A DNA stretch of 64,000 nucleotides from Ignavibacteria bacterium (GCA_050259835.1 JBLNBJ010000212.1:5772-69771), one strand, 5' to 3'. Shown: positions 18,907 through 28,782, counted from the stretch's first letter. Numbers and translations are program-made. The notes: generated by a model from the sequence alone, not told the origin.

Positions 18907-20724
18907 ATGGACGCTGCTGCGCCCGATTACATCAGGAGCCCCAAGCTCGTCGCCTGGGTGGCCCGCGTTGCGCATCTGACCAAGCCCGATCGCATCGTCT
19001 GGGCCGACGGCTCGCAGGAAGAGTACGACCGCCTCTGCGCAGAGATGGTGGCGGCGGGAACCCTGATCCGGCTCAACCCGTCTTTGCGCCCCAATTCGTT
19101 CCTGGCGCGCAGCGATCCCTCCGACGTCGCGCGCGTGGAGGACCGCACCTTCATCTGTTCGCGTCGCCAGGAGGACGCGGGCCCCACCAACAATTGGGAA
19201 GATCCGGACAGGATGCGCGAGACCTTGACCGCCCTGTTCGAAGGCTGCATGCGCGGCCGTACCATGTACGTGGTGCCGTTTTCCATGGGGCCGCTCGGGT
19301 CGCCGATGGCTCATATCGGCGTCGAGGTCACCGACAGTCCCTATGTCGTCGTCAGCATGCGCATCATGACGCGCATGGGCCGCGCGGCGGCTGAGGCTCT
19401 GGGCGAGGACGGCGAGTTCGTGCCCTGCCTTCACAGCGTGGGCGCGCCGCTCGCGCCGGGACAGCAGGATGCGCCATGGCCCTGCAATCCCAGGGTCAAG
19501 TACATCGTGCATTTCCCGGAAACGCGCGAGATCTGGTCCTACGGCTCGGGCTACGGCGGCAACGCGCTGCTCGGCAAGAAGTGCTTTGCGCTGCGCATTG
19601 CTTCGGCCATGGCGCGCGACCAAGGCTGGCTGGCCGAGCACATGCTGATCCTCGGCGTGGAGTCGCCTCAGGGGCAGAAGGACTACGTGGCGGCGGCGTT
19701 TCCCTCGGCCTGCGGCAAGACGAATTTCGCCATGCTGATTCCGCCGGCGACTCTTGGCGGCTGGAAGGTGACGACCGTGGGCGACGACATCGCTTGGATC
19801 AAGCCGGGGCCGGACGGGCGCTTCCATGCCATCAACCCGGAAGCCGGATTCTTCGGCGTGGCGCCCGGCACCTCGGAGGCCACGAATCGCAACGCGCTCG
19901 CGACGCTCGGCCACGACGTGATCTTCACCAACGTGGCGCTCACCGACGAGGGCGATGTCTGGTGGGAAGGACTGACCAAGCAGCCGCCGAATCATCTCAT
20001 CGACTGGCAAGGCAAGGACTGGACTCCGGCGGACGGCCGGGCGGGGCGCAAGGCGGCGCATCCCAATTCGCGCTTCACCGCGCCCGCGCGCCAGTGCCCG
20101 TCGATGGACGCCGCCTGGGAGGATCCCCGCGGCGTGCCCATCTCGGCGTTCATCTTCGGCGGCCGGCGCGCCACCACGGTGCCGCTCGTCTACGAGGCCT
20201 TCAACTGGAACTTCGGCGTCTATATGGCGGCGACGCTTGGGTCCGAGACGACCGCCGCCGCCTTCGGCGCGCAGGGCGTGGTACGGCGCGATCCGTTTGC
20301 CATGCTGCCCTTCTGCGGCTATCACATGGGCGATTACTTCAATCATTGGCTGCGCATGGGCCATGCGGTCGAGCAGAGGCCGAAGATCTTCTGCGTGAAT
20401 TGGTTCCGCATGGACGACAAGGGCGAATTCCTCTGGCCCGGTTTCGGCGACAACATGCGGGTGCTGAAGTGGATCGTGGAGCGCGTCAGGCATGTGGTAC
20501 CGGCGCGTGAGACGCCGCTGGGCTGGATGCCGCGCTACCAGGACATCGACTGGTCGGGCGCGGCGATCGGGCGCAAGGAGTTCGAGTCGCTGACGCAGGT
20601 CGATGCGGATGCCTGGAGACGGGAACTGGCCCTGCATCGCGAGTGGTTCGACAAGATGGGCGACAAGCTGCCGCTGCAGTTGGCGCTCAAGCGCGCCTTG
20701 TTTGAACTGGCGTTGGTCGATTGA
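18907..20724 (+). CDS. pckG: Phosphoenolpyruvate carboxykinase (GTP)
   Basis: 605 aa. '[18 protein letters not shown]', 'FPSACGKTN' kinase-1a motif and '[14 protein letters not shown]'. Confidence 0.95.
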   Translation: MDAAAPDYIRSPKLVAWVARVAHLTKPDRIVWADGSQEEYDRLCAEMVAAGTLIRLNPSLRPNSFLARSDPSDVARVEDRTFICSRRQEDAGPTNNWEDPDRMRETLTALFEGCMRGRTMYVVPFSMGPLGSPMAHIGVEVTDSPYVVVSMRIMTRMGRAAAEALGEDGEFVPCLHSVGAPLAPGQQDAPWPCNPRVKYIVHFPETREIWSYGSGYGGNALLGKKCFALRIASAMARDQGWLAEHMLILGVESPQGQKDYVAAAFPSACGKTNFAMLIPPATLGGWKVTTVGDDIAWIKPGPDGRFHAINPEAGFFGVAPGTSEATNRNALATLGHDVIFTNVALTDEGDVWWEGLTKQPPNHLIDWQGKDWTPADGRAGRKAAHPNSRFTAPARQCPSMDAAWEDPRGVPISAFIFGGRRATTVPLVYEAFNWNFGVYMAATLGSETTAAAFGAQGVVRRDPFAMLPFCGYHMGDYFNHWLRMGHAVEQRPKIFCVNWFRMDDKGEFLWPGFGDNMRVLKWIVERVRHVVPARETPLGWMPRYQDIDWSGAAIGRKEFESLTQVDADAWRRELALHREWFDKMGDKLPLQLALKRALFELALVD

Positions 20725-20787
20725 GCGACACGGAGAGCTAGAATCGTGCGGCCGCCTGCGGGCGGCCGTTTTCATTGGGAGCCCCGA

Positions 20788-21945
20788 ATGCATACCGCCG
20801 CGCGCATGGCCGACATCGGCCCCTTTCACGTGATGGACTTGATGGCGCGCGCCAAGGCGCTCGAAGCGCAAGGCCGCGATGTCGTCCATATGGAGGTCGG
20901 CGAGCCGGACTTCCCGACGCCGGCCCCGATCATCGCGGCGGCGCAGCGGTTCGTCGCCGGCGGCGAAGTCTTCTACACCAATGCGCTCGGCCTGCCCTCG
21001 CTGCGTGAGGCGATCGCGCGGTTCTATGCACAGCGCCACGGCGTGTCGGTCGACCCTGAACGCATCGTCGTGACGGCCGGGGCGTCGGGCGCGTTGCTGC
21101 TCGCGCTGGGTACGCTGATCGATCCCGGCGACGAGGTTCTGCTCGCGGATCCCGGCTATCCCTGCAACCGCCACTTCGTTCGCATGTGCGAAGGCCGGGC
21201 GCGGGCAATTCCCGTTGATGCGGCAAGCGACTACCAGCCGACGCCGGAGCAGGCGGCCGCGCATTGGACGCCCCGGACCCGCGCCCTCATGGTTGCCTCG
21301 CCATCCAATCCGACCGGCACGCTGCTCGACCTGCCGAGGCTGGCCGCGCTACGGGAGGTTGTCCGCCAGCGCGGTGGGGCGCTCATCGTCGACGAGATCT
21401 ATCACGGCCTCACGTACGGGGTGGATGCATCGACCGCATTGGCGCTAGGCGACGACTGCTTCGTCATCAACAGCTTCTCCAAGTACTTCGGCATGACCGG
21501 ATGGCGACTGGGCTGGATGGTGGTGCCGCAAGGCTTCGTTCGCGACGTCGAGAAACTCGCGCAGAACCTCTACATTTCTCCCTCGACGCCGGCACAGCAT
21601 GCGGCACTGGCGGCCTTCGAACCGGCAACGATCAGGCTGCTGGAGGCGCGGCGGGCGGAGTTCCAGGCCAGGCGCGATCTGCTGCTGCCGGGGCTGCGGG
21701 CGCTGGGTTTCGAAGTGGGAGCCGAACCGCTGGGCGCGTTTTACGTCTATGCGGGCATCGGCGGCCTTGCGGACGACAGCTACCGCTTCGCGCTTGATCT
21801 GATAGACCGCGCCGCGGTGGCGGCCACGCCCGGGCTCGACTTCGGCAGCAACGCGCCGGAACGGCACATGCGGTTCGCCTACACCGTGCGGCAGGAGCGC
21901 CTCGCCGAGGGGCTCGAGCGGATCAGGCGGTTCTTGGGGGCGTAG
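20788..21945 (+). CDS. Class I/II PLP-dependent aminotransferase (aspartate/aromatic type)
   Basis: GGGAG lies 6 nt before ATG 20788. 'EVGEPDFPTP', 'NPTGT' and 'SFSKYFGMTGWRLGW' (PLP lysine). Confidence 0.85.
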   Translation: MHTAARMADIGPFHVMDLMARAKALEAQGRDVVHMEVGEPDFPTPAPIIAAAQRFVAGGEVFYTNALGLPSLREAIARFYAQRHGVSVDPERIVVTAGASGALLLALGTLIDPGDEVLLADPGYPCNRHFVRMCEGRARAIPVDAASDYQPTPEQAAAHWTPRTRALMVASPSNPTGTLLDLPRLAALREVVRQRGGALIVDEIYHGLTYGVDASTALALGDDCFVINSFSKYFGMTGWRLGWMVVPQGFVRDVEKLAQNLYISPSTPAQHAALAAFEPATIRLLEARRAEFQARRDLLLPGLRALGFEVGAEPLGAFYVYAGIGGLADDSYRFALDLIDRAAVAATPGLDFGSNAPERHMRFAYTVRQERLAEGLERIRRFLGA

Positions 21946-21993
21946 AAAATAGAAAAGGCACGGCGAGGAACCGCTTAGCGGTATCGCCATGCC
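21946..21993 (-). terminator. Intrinsic terminator downstream of the H1-like gene (may also stop the convergent aminotransferase transcript)
   Basis: Nested hairpin GGCACGGCGA..ACCGC-tta-GCGGT..TCGCCATGCC, followed on the minus strand by UUUUCUAUUUU. Confidence 0.55.
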
Positions 21994-22050
21994 TGGGAAG
22001 CGGACCAGCGGGCAATCTGAGATTGCCCGCCTGGGTCACGCAGCGGCCGC

Positions 22051-22536
22051 TCAGGACGGACGCGAGCCGGTCGGAAACGGCCAAGCGGCAGCCGGATTCA
22101 AGGACGACTTGAGCCCGGGAGCAGCGGCGGTCGACGGGGCCGGGGCAGGAGCAGCCGGCTTCTTCGCGGCAACCTTCTTGGCAGGAGCCTTCTTCGGGGC
22201 AGCCTTCTTCGCGGCAGGCTTCTTGGCAGCAGCCTTCTTCGCGGCGGGCTTCTTCGCGGCAGGCTTCTTGGCAGCAGCCTTCTTCGCGACGGGCTTCTTC
22301 GCGGCGGGCTTCTTGGCAGCAGCCTTCTTGGCGGCCGGCTTCTTGGCGGCAACCTTCTTCGCGGCGGGCTTCTTCGCAGCGACCTTCTTGGCGGCCGGCT
22401 TCTTGGCGGCAACCTTCTTCGCAGCGGGCTTCTTCGCCGGAGCAGCCTTCTTCGCAGCAGGCTTCTTCGCCGGAGCGGCCTTCTTCGCGGCAGGCTTCTT
22501 CGCCGCGGGCTTCTTGGCTTTCTTCTCTTCAGCCAT
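22051..22536 (-). CDS. Histone-H1-like / AlgP-like Lys-Ala-Pro repeat protein
   Basis: 161 aa. About 20 tandem 'KKPAAK'-type hexapeptides are followed by a short non-repeat tail (..[15 protein letters not shown]). GGAGG RBS. Confidence 0.75.
   Translation of the reverse strand: MAEEKKAKKPAAKKPAAKKAAPAKKPAAKKAAPAKKPAAKKVAAKKPAAKKVAAKKPAAKKVAAKKPAAKKAAAKKPAAKKPVAKKAAAKKPAAKKPAAKKAAAKKPAAKKAAPKKAPAKKVAAKKPAAPAPAPSTAAAPGLKSSLNPAAAWPFPTGSRPS
22150..22525. repeat. Tandem 18-nt (6-codon) coding repeats inside the H1-like gene
   Basis: Repeated ggcttcttcgc(g/a)gc(a/g)g-type units give KKPAAK/KKAAAK. They are in frame, with no spacers. Confidence 0.9.
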
Positions 22537-22996
22537 GTTGAACCTCCTTAGAGCAAGATAACAGGAAAGGAAACACCATTTACTGCAAAACCCGTCTGGG
22601 CTAGCACGGATTATCCGTCGCCCTCAAGAATCGAAAGCGATGAATTCCTGACGATTCTCCGTTCATATCGCCGCTCAATAGCGGGCGCCGGAGCTCGTTT
22701 CCAATGACTTTGCTGCTGGGTGGATTCGGTTTGGCTGCCGCCGCGCGTGGGCGGGGGCTGCGGACGGACTCGCGAGAGAGACCGTGGGGAAGCGGAAGGC
22801 GGGGAGAAGCTGGGAAAGCGCGGAACGAATGCGGCAAGCGATGCGGCGGAATGAGAGGAAGCCAGGAGGCGGTCGTCCTCGCCGTCATTTCAATCGGCCC
22901 TCTTTGCGTCGCTGGCGGTGCATCGTGCTTGTCTTCGTCACTCCGCTGAATCCTTCGACCTACTAGATATAGTATGCGAACTCGATTTCGCGACTA

Positions 22997-23025
22997 ATTC
23001 TAGTGGTTGACTTTTGGCGTTGCAA
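22997..23025 (-). promoter_or_regulatory. Near-consensus sigma70 promoter firing toward the 520-nt non-coding region and the H1-like gene
   Basis: On the minus strand: TTGCAA (23025-23020), 17-nt spacer, TAGAAT (23002-22997). Confidence 0.45.
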
Positions 23026-23057
23026 GAGTTTTTTGATGCCAGTGGCACGCGCGACGA

Positions 23058-23645
23058 TTATCGTTGCGCGATTACCACGTCCGAGACACCCGCTGCAAGC
23101 AGCGCAGCGCGCAAGCGTGACCAGTCGAAGTGCGGTCCCGGGTCCGTCTTGCGGCCCGGCGCGATGTCGGAGTGTCCCGCGATTTCGCGCAGCGGATAGC
23201 GCTCGCGCAGCGCCGCGAGGAGCTTGGCGAGGGCCTCGTACTGGGCTTCTTCGAAGGGCCGTTCGTCGCAGCCTTCGAGTTCGACGCCGATCGAGAAATC
23301 GTTGCAGCGTTCGCGTCCGCACCACGACGACGCGCCTGCATGCCATGCCCGCTTGGAACAGGGCACGAATTGCAGGGTCCGCCCGTCTCGCCGCACGAAG
23401 AAGTGCGCCGAGACGCGCAGTCCCTGCAGACCGGCGTAGTACGGATGCGCGTCGGGGTCGAGCCGATTGGTGAACAGCCGCTCGACGTCGCCGCCGCCGA
23501 ACTCCCCGGGCGGCAGGCTGATGGCGTGCACGACGGCCAGGCTGATTTCGGCATCTGCCGGCCGCTCGTCGCAGTTGGGCGACGGCACGAAGTCGATGCC
23601 GCCGAGGATGCCCGCCGCATCGAGCGGACTTTGCGGTGCGGCCAT
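23058..23645 (-). CDS. ampD: 1,6-anhydro-N-acetylmuramyl-L-alanine amidase
   Basis: 'SPNCDERP', 'VVHAISLPPGEFGG', 'SAHFFVRRDG', 'AWHAGAS' and 'NDFSIGVELEG'. ATG 23645 shares one base with the pilR TGA; GTG 23648 is an alternative start. Confidence 0.85.
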   Translation of the reverse strand: MAAPQSPLDAAGILGGIDFVPSPNCDERPADAEISLAVVHAISLPPGEFGGGDVERLFTNRLDPDAHPYYAGLQGLRVSAHFFVRRDGRTLQFVPCSKRAWHAGASSWCGRERCNDFSIGVELEGCDERPFEEAQYEALAKLLAALRERYPLREIAGHSDIAPGRKTDPGPHFDWSRLRAALLAAGVSDVVIAQR

Positions 23646-25003
23646 CACTCGTTCAGGCCCAGGCGCTCCATCCGGTAGCGCAGCGAGCGGAAGGTGACGC
23701 CGAGGAGGCGTGCCGCCGCCGTCCGGTTGAAGCGCGTCTTGTGCAATGCCTCCAGGATGGCCTGGCGCTCGGCCTGATCGAGGTATTCCTGGAGCGGGAT
23801 CTGGCCGGGCGCCGGGAGCTCGATAGAGGCCGCGGGGGGAGCGAGCTGAAGGTCAGCGACATCAATATTGTCGCCGGCCAGCAGCGCGAGGGCGCGCTCC
23901 AGTATGTTCTCGAGTTCGCGCACGTTGCCGGGGAACGGATACTCGCGCAGGGCCGCAAGCGCGGCGGGCTCGATCTGCGGCGCAATCCGGCCGGCAGCGG
24001 TCGCCAGCCGGGAAACGATGTGCTGCGCCAGCACCGGAATGTCGTCGCTGCATTCGCGCAGGCTGGGCATGCGGATCTCGATGACGTTGAGCCGGTAGAA
24101 CAAGTCCTGACGGAAGCGGCCCTGGTCGACCATCGCCTTCAGGTCCTGGTGGGTGGCGCAGATGATACGGACATCGACCGCGTCCTCCTGCGTCGAACCT
24201 ACCTTCCGTACTCGCTTCTCCTGGATCGCCCGCAGCAGCTTCACCTGCATCGGCAAGGGCAAGTCGGCCACCTCGTCGAGGAAGAGCGTCCCGCCGTCGG
24301 CGGCCTGGAAGAATCCGTCCCTGTCCGCGTCGGCTCCGGTGAAGGCGCCCTTGCGATAGCCGAAGAACTCGCTTTCCATCAATGTTTCCGGGATGGCGCC
24401 GCAATTCACGCCGACGAACGGCTTGCCGCCGCGGGCACCCTGTTGGTGGATCAGGCGGGCCGCCAGTTCCTTGCCGCTGCCCGATTCGCCAGATATGTAG
24501 ACCGGTGCCTGGCTGCGCGCGACGCGCTCGATGAGTGACCGGACCAGCTGCAGGGCGGAGGATTCGCCGAGCAGCAGCTGGCCGATGTCGCGGGTCGGAG
24601 CGTCGCTGCCGGCCGGCAGGCGGATGGCGGACTGCACCAGGGCCCGGAGTTGTTCGAGCGAAACCGGCTTCGAGAGATAGTCGAAGGCACCGGCCTTCAG
24701 TGCGCTGACCGCGTTCTCCATGCTGCCATGAGCGGTGATGACCGCAACCGGCAGCTCGGGACGGCATTCGCCGATGTGGCGCACGAGTTCAAGCCCCTCG
24801 CCGTCCGGCAAACGCATGTCGGTGAGGCAGAGCCGGTAGCGCGTGCCCTCCTTGAGCAGCTTCATGGCCTCGCCCACCGAGGCTGCACAGTCCGCGGCCA
24901 GGCCCATGCGGGCGAGCGTCATGTCGAGCAGTTCCCGGATGTCGGCCTCGTCGTCGACGACGAGGACGCGGGAGGCGCCGTCAGCTTCCCGGCGTGCGTT
25001 CAT
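23645..25003 (-). CDS. pilR: Sigma54-dependent response regulator, PilR-like (NtrC family)
   Basis: REC domain ('VLVVDDE', 'LCLTDMRLPDG'), AAA+ sigma54 domain ('GESGSGKE', 'GAFTGA', 'ESEFFGY') and a C-terminal Fis-type HTH. ATGA overlap with pilS. Confidence 0.8.
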   Translation of the reverse strand: MNARREADGASRVLVVDDEADIRELLDMTLARMGLAADCAASVGEAMKLLKEGTRYRLCLTDMRLPDGEGLELVRHIGECRPELPVAVITAHGSMENAVSALKAGAFDYLSKPVSLEQLRALVQSAIRLPAGSDAPTRDIGQLLLGESSALQLVRSLIERVARSQAPVYISGESGSGKELAARLIHQQGARGGKPFVGVNCGAIPETLMESEFFGYRKGAFTGADADRDGFFQAADGGTLFLDEVADLPLPMQVKLLRAIQEKRVRKVGSTQEDAVDVRIICATHQDLKAMVDQGRFRQDLFYRLNVIEIRMPSLRECSDDIPVLAQHIVSRLATAAGRIAPQIEPAALAALREYPFPGNVRELENILERALALLAGDNIDVADLQLAPPAASIELPAPGQIPLQEYLDQAERQAILEALHKTRFNRTAAARLLGVTFRSLRYRMERLGLNE

Positions 25004-26550
25004 TGATGTCCCTTGGCGATGATTGCGAAATGGGCGCCCGGCGCATTGTCGAGCAGCTCGAGCCGCGCAGCGTTGGCCTCACAAAGCTCCTTCGCGATAT
25101 AGAGTCCGAGGCCCGTTCCGCTGCCATGCGTGGTGAAGAACGGCTCGAACACCTGCCCCCGCAGAGATTCGCCGATTCCGGGACCGTCGTCAACAATATG
25201 GATCTCAGTGACACCCGCCGTTCGCCGCACCGAGAGCCGGACGGCCGCCGCCCCGCCGCTGCAATGGCGCAGGGCATTGATGAGGAGGTTCCACAGCACC
25301 CGATGCAGGTGAGCCCGGTCGAAGAGGATTGCGGGATCGCCCTCGGACTGGACGGTGATGCGCTCGCGCACCGCCGGGTCGTTCACCGCGAAGTCGTCGA
25401 TGAACTGCCCGATATAGCTGGCGAGTCGGATCGATTCCACTTCGGCGCGGTCGCGTCGGCCCAGTTCGAGCACTTCGGCGACGAGCCGGTTGAGACGCCG
25501 TGTGTTGTCACCGATGATCCTGATCAGCCGGGCCTGCCCGTCGGCCTCCTGCTCTTCGGCCAGCAACTCTGCCGCGTGGCTGATGGCCGAGAGCGGGTTG
25601 CGAATCTCATGCGCCATGTTCGCGGTAAGCCGCCCGAGCGCCGCGAGCTTGAGCTGCTGCGCCTGCTCCTGCACGCGGCCCATGTCTTCGAGGTAGATGA
25701 GCGCCAACTCGCCCTCGCCCGGCGGCAGCAGCCGGACGCGCAGCGTTCGCTGCGTTCCCGCGACCCGGACATAGGCTTCGGTCTCCACCGGGTTGGCAAT
25801 CCAGCCGGCAAAGCGCTCGGACAATGCGACGGAATAGCTGGCCAGGTCGGCGCCTTCGCCGGGACGCGCTTCGAGGAGCGCTTCGGCTTGCGGGTTGTGC
25901 TGCCGCACGCGCCGGTCGGCATCGACCACGAGCACGCCGTCCTGCATGTCGCGGATCACGCGCTGGCTGATCTGCAGTTGGTTCGCGAGTTCCACCCCGC
26001 GCTGCCTGGCCAGCGCTTCGTTGGCCACGATGCGCCGCGCCAGCAGGCGAGCGGCGATGGCGATGGCGAAGAAGCCGATGCTGGTCAGGCCGGCCGGAAA
26101 GAAGCTGCCCGCATCTTCCTCGAACCGCAGGAAGCGATAGGCCTGCTCGCCGAGGATTGCCAGCGTGGCGAGCGCCGCGTAGAAGAGCGCCATGCGTCCC
26201 TGGCCCACCAGCCCGGCACCGGCGAGAACGACGAAGATCATCACCCCGATGCCGCTCTTCGCTCCGCCGCTTGCGTGCATCAGGAGCGTGAGCGCGACGA
26301 TGTCCACCACGACCTGTATGGTGAGCTGCAGATTGAAGGCGCGGCGAAGCTGCAGGACGATCCATAGCAGGCCGACGCCCGTCAGCAGGTAGGCGCTGCT
26401 GATCATCCTCAGCAGCCGGACGTTTTCGTGCTCCAGATTCGGGGTGCCGCCGTAGAGCGCCGCCGCAAAGAAGAAGACGCCCGCGACGATCAGGCGATAG
26501 GCGGAAAAGAACTTGAGCGAACGCCAGTAGCTATCCGGCAGTTCCGGCAT
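25000..26550 (-). CDS. pilS: Sensor histidine kinase, PilS-like
   Basis: About six N-terminal TM helices, H-box 'HEIRNPLSAI' and ATP-lid 'DDGPGI', 'GTGLGL'. The start is uncertain: ATG 26550 (MPELPDSYW) or TTG 26589. Confidence 0.7.
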   Translation of the reverse strand: MPELPDSYWRSLKFFSAYRLIVAGVFFFAAALYGGTPNLEHENVRLLRMISSAYLLTGVGLLWIVLQLRRAFNLQLTIQVVVDIVALTLLMHASGGAKSGIGVMIFVVLAGAGLVGQGRMALFYAALATLAILGEQAYRFLRFEEDAGSFFPAGLTSIGFFAIAIAARLLARRIVANEALARQRGVELANQLQISQRVIRDMQDGVLVVDADRRVRQHNPQAEALLEARPGEGADLASYSVALSERFAGWIANPVETEAYVRVAGTQRTLRVRLLPPGEGELALIYLEDMGRVQEQAQQLKLAALGRLTANMAHEIRNPLSAISHAAELLAEEQEADGQARLIRIIGDNTRRLNRLVAEVLELGRRDRAEVESIRLASYIGQFIDDFAVNDPAVRERITVQSEGDPAILFDRAHLHRVLWNLLINALRHCSGGAAAVRLSVRRTAGVTEIHIVDDGPGIGESLRGQVFEPFFTTHGSGTGLGLYIAKELCEANAARLELLDNAPGAHFAIIAKGHQ

Positions 26551-26575
26551 GCCGGGCTTTGCTCCGGATGCGGTC

Positions 26576-26797
26576 TTATCCGCGGCCAAGGCGTCGATGC
26601 TCCTCGCAGCAGTAGCGGCGGCCCCCTTCCGACAGGCTCTCGCTGAGCGGAAGATGCACGTGGCAGTGCGCGCACTGGATCATCTGTTCCGGTGCCTGGG
26701 CCTGAGCGGCGGTGGACGCGGTAGAACGGCGGCTGCCGCGCTTGAGCAGTAGATAGACGACTGCGGCGAAGACGATCAGAAGGAATAGTTTGCCCAT
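26576..26797 (-). CDS. Small membrane-anchored Cys/His-cluster protein (PP0621-like)
   Basis: 73 aa. N-terminal TM helix, then 'CAHCHVHLP....RYCCEEH'. It occupies the position directly upstream of pilS, as PP0621-family genes do. Confidence 0.5.
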   Translation of the reverse strand: MGKLFLLIVFAAVVYLLLKRGSRRSTASTAAQAQAPEQMIQCAHCHVHLPLSESLSEGGRRYCCEEHRRLGRG

Positions 26798-26952
26798 CGC
26801 CGCGCATCATACGCGCACCGGAATCGTTGCAAACGGTGCGGAAAGGCGCCGGCATCGGGGGACGCCGGCGGCCGCTTTCGCGGCGCGCTTGTCTCTACGG
26901 CTGAATTGCACCGATGGCGACCCATCGGGCGGCGACCTACCAAGATTGGATT

Positions 26953-27029
<77 letters not shown>

Positions 27030-27044
27030 ACGCTGCTGGCCGCC

Positions 27045-28013
27045 TCAATACCGGCGGGCAACTGCGAAAGCGCACAATTGTACCAGAGCATCCTTGTAGT
27101 TTGAAGGGGGAAGTGCATCAAGCGATGCGACGGCTGCTTCGGCCTCCGCTTCCGCCTGCCGCCGCGCGGCCTCCAGCGCCCCGGTGGCCCGCACGGCAGC
27201 GAGCACTTCGGCGAACTGATCGCGTCCACCTTCCTCGATGGCGCGGCGCACGCACGTTGATTGTTCCGGGTTGCCGTGCTGCATGGCATGGATCAGGGGC
27301 AGCGTCGGCTTGCCTTCGGCGAGGTCGTCGCCCAGGTGCTTGCCGGTTTCGGCTTCTTCGCCGGAGTAATCAAGCACGTCGTCGATGAGCTGGAAGGCCG
27401 TGCCCAGGTGCATACCGTAATTGGCGAGCCCGGCCTCAATGGCCTTGTCCGCCCCGCCGACGAGGGCGCCGATCTGGCCGGCCGCCTCGAACAGCTTGGC
27501 CGTCTTGTAGCGGATGACCTGAAGGTAGTCGTCGATCTCGATGTCGGCGTTGTTGCAGTTCATCAGTTGCAGGACTTCGCCTTCCGCGATCACGTTCGTT
27601 GCCGCGGCGAGCACGGCCATGATCGGCATGCTGCCGACCGAAACCATCATCTGGAAGGCGCGCGAATAGAGGAAATCGCCAACCAGAACGCTGGCGGCGT
27701 TGCCGAACATTGCATTGGCGGTCTCGCGCCCGCGCCGCAGGTCGGAGGCGTCGACGACGTCGTCGTGCAGCAGGGTCGCGGTATGGATGAACTCGACCAC
27801 CGCGGCCAGTTCATGGTGCTGCGTCCCGCGGTAGCCGACCGCACCTGCCGCCAGCAGCACCAGTGCCGGACGCATGCGCTTGCCGCCGCCGCCGACGATG
27901 TATTCCGCGACCTGCCGGACGAGCACGACGTCGGAATGCAATTGCCGGCGGATGACGGCATCGACGGCGTGCATGTCGTCGGCGATCAGGGCATAGAGGG
28001 CGTCGGTGCTCAC
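27045..28013 (-). CDS. ispB: Octaprenyl-diphosphate synthase
   Basis: 'LLHDDVVDASDLRRG' and 'QLIDDVLD' aspartate-rich motifs. GTG start. Confidence 0.9.
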   Translation of the reverse strand: MSTDALYALIADDMHAVDAVIRRQLHSDVVLVRQVAEYIVGGGGKRMRPALVLLAAGAVGYRGTQHHELAAVVEFIHTATLLHDDVVDASDLRRGRETANAMFGNAASVLVGDFLYSRAFQMMVSVGSMPIMAVLAAATNVIAEGEVLQLMNCNNADIEIDDYLQVIRYKTAKLFEAAGQIGALVGGADKAIEAGLANYGMHLGTAFQLIDDVLDYSGEEAETGKHLGDDLAEGKPTLPLIHAMQHGNPEQSTCVRRAIEEGGRDQFAEVLAAVRATGALEAARRQAEAEAEAAVASLDALPPSNYKDALVQLCAFAVARRY

Positions 28014-28096
28014 GTCTTACTTTGGTTTGGGAAAGGCGCGATAGTAGGCGCCGCTCCGGTGGCCGTCAATGACAGGCAGCAAATTCAATGAGTTGA

Positions 28097-28125
28097 TTGA
28101 CCGATACCCAACTCTCGGTTAGAAT
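28097..28125 (+). promoter_or_regulatory. Sigma70 promoter of rplU-rpmA(-obg-proB)
   Basis: TTGACC, 17-nt spacer, TAGAAT. The -10 box ends 42 nt before the rplU ATG. Confidence 0.6.
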
Positions 28126-28167
28126 GCGCGGTTCCTCGTAACACCCTTTAACTCACGGAGTCCACAA

Positions 28168-28479
28168 ATGTATGCGGTCATAAAAACCGGCGGCAAGCAG
28201 TATCGCGTCGCGGCCGGCGAGAAGATCAAGGTAGAACAGATACCGGCAGAAGTGGGCGCGGAGATCACGCTGGACCAGGTGCTCATGGTCGGCGAAGGCG
28301 AGTCGGTGAAAGTCGGCGCGCCCATCGTCGCAGGTGCCAAGGTGACAGCCAAGGTAATCGCGCAAGGCCGGCATCCGAAGATCAACATCTTCAAGATGCG
28401 TCGTCGCAAGCACTATCGCAAGAACCAGGGCCACCGCCAGAATTTCACCGAGATCCAGATCGGTGAGATCACGGCCTAA
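28168..28479 (+). CDS. rplU: 50S ribosomal protein L21
   Basis: '[15 protein letters not shown]' is the canonical L21 N-terminus. Confidence 0.97.
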   Translation: MYAVIKTGGKQYRVAAGEKIKVEQIPAEVGAEITLDQVLMVGEGESVKVGAPIVAGAKVTAKVIAQGRHPKINIFKMRRRKHYRKNQGHRQNFTEIQIGEITA

Positions 28480-28494
28480 CAGGAGTCCAGAACC

Positions 28495-28758
28495 ATGGCA
28501 CACAAAAAGGCAGGCGGCAGTTCGCGTAACGGCCGCGACTCGGAAGCCAAACGACTTGGCGTCAAGCGTTTCGGCGGCGAACTGATCAACGCCGGCAGCA
28601 TCATCGTGCGTCAGCGCGGCACCCAGTTCCACGCAGGCGAGAACGTCGGCATGGGCAAGGACCACACGCTGTTCGCCAAGGTGACGGGCACCGTCCAGTT
28701 CCTGGTCAAGGGCGCCGAAAAGCGCAAGACGATTAGCATCGTCCCGGCTGCCGCCTAA
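28495..28758 (+). CDS. rpmA: 50S ribosomal protein L27
   Basis: '[22 protein letters not shown]' is the canonical L27 N-terminus. Confidence 0.97.
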   Translation: MAHKKAGGSSRNGRDSEAKRLGVKRFGGELINAGSIIVRQRGTQFHAGENVGMGKDHTLFAKVTGTVQFLVKGAEKRKTISIVPAAA

Positions 28759-28782
28759 GCGGGCTGTCGGGTCGTTCAGCGG

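Noticed and set aside
22150-22525. Tandem short repeats, considered as a possible CRISPR array
   Set aside because: The 18-nt units are contiguous with no spacers and are in frame. They encode the KKPAAK repeats of a protein that has its own RBS and terminator.
23035-23070. TGGCAC...TTGC string resembling a sigma54 -24/-12 promoter
   Set aside because: TGGCAC and TTGC are about 15 nt apart, not the required 5 nt. The site also lies at the 3' end of ampD with no gene downstream in that orientation.
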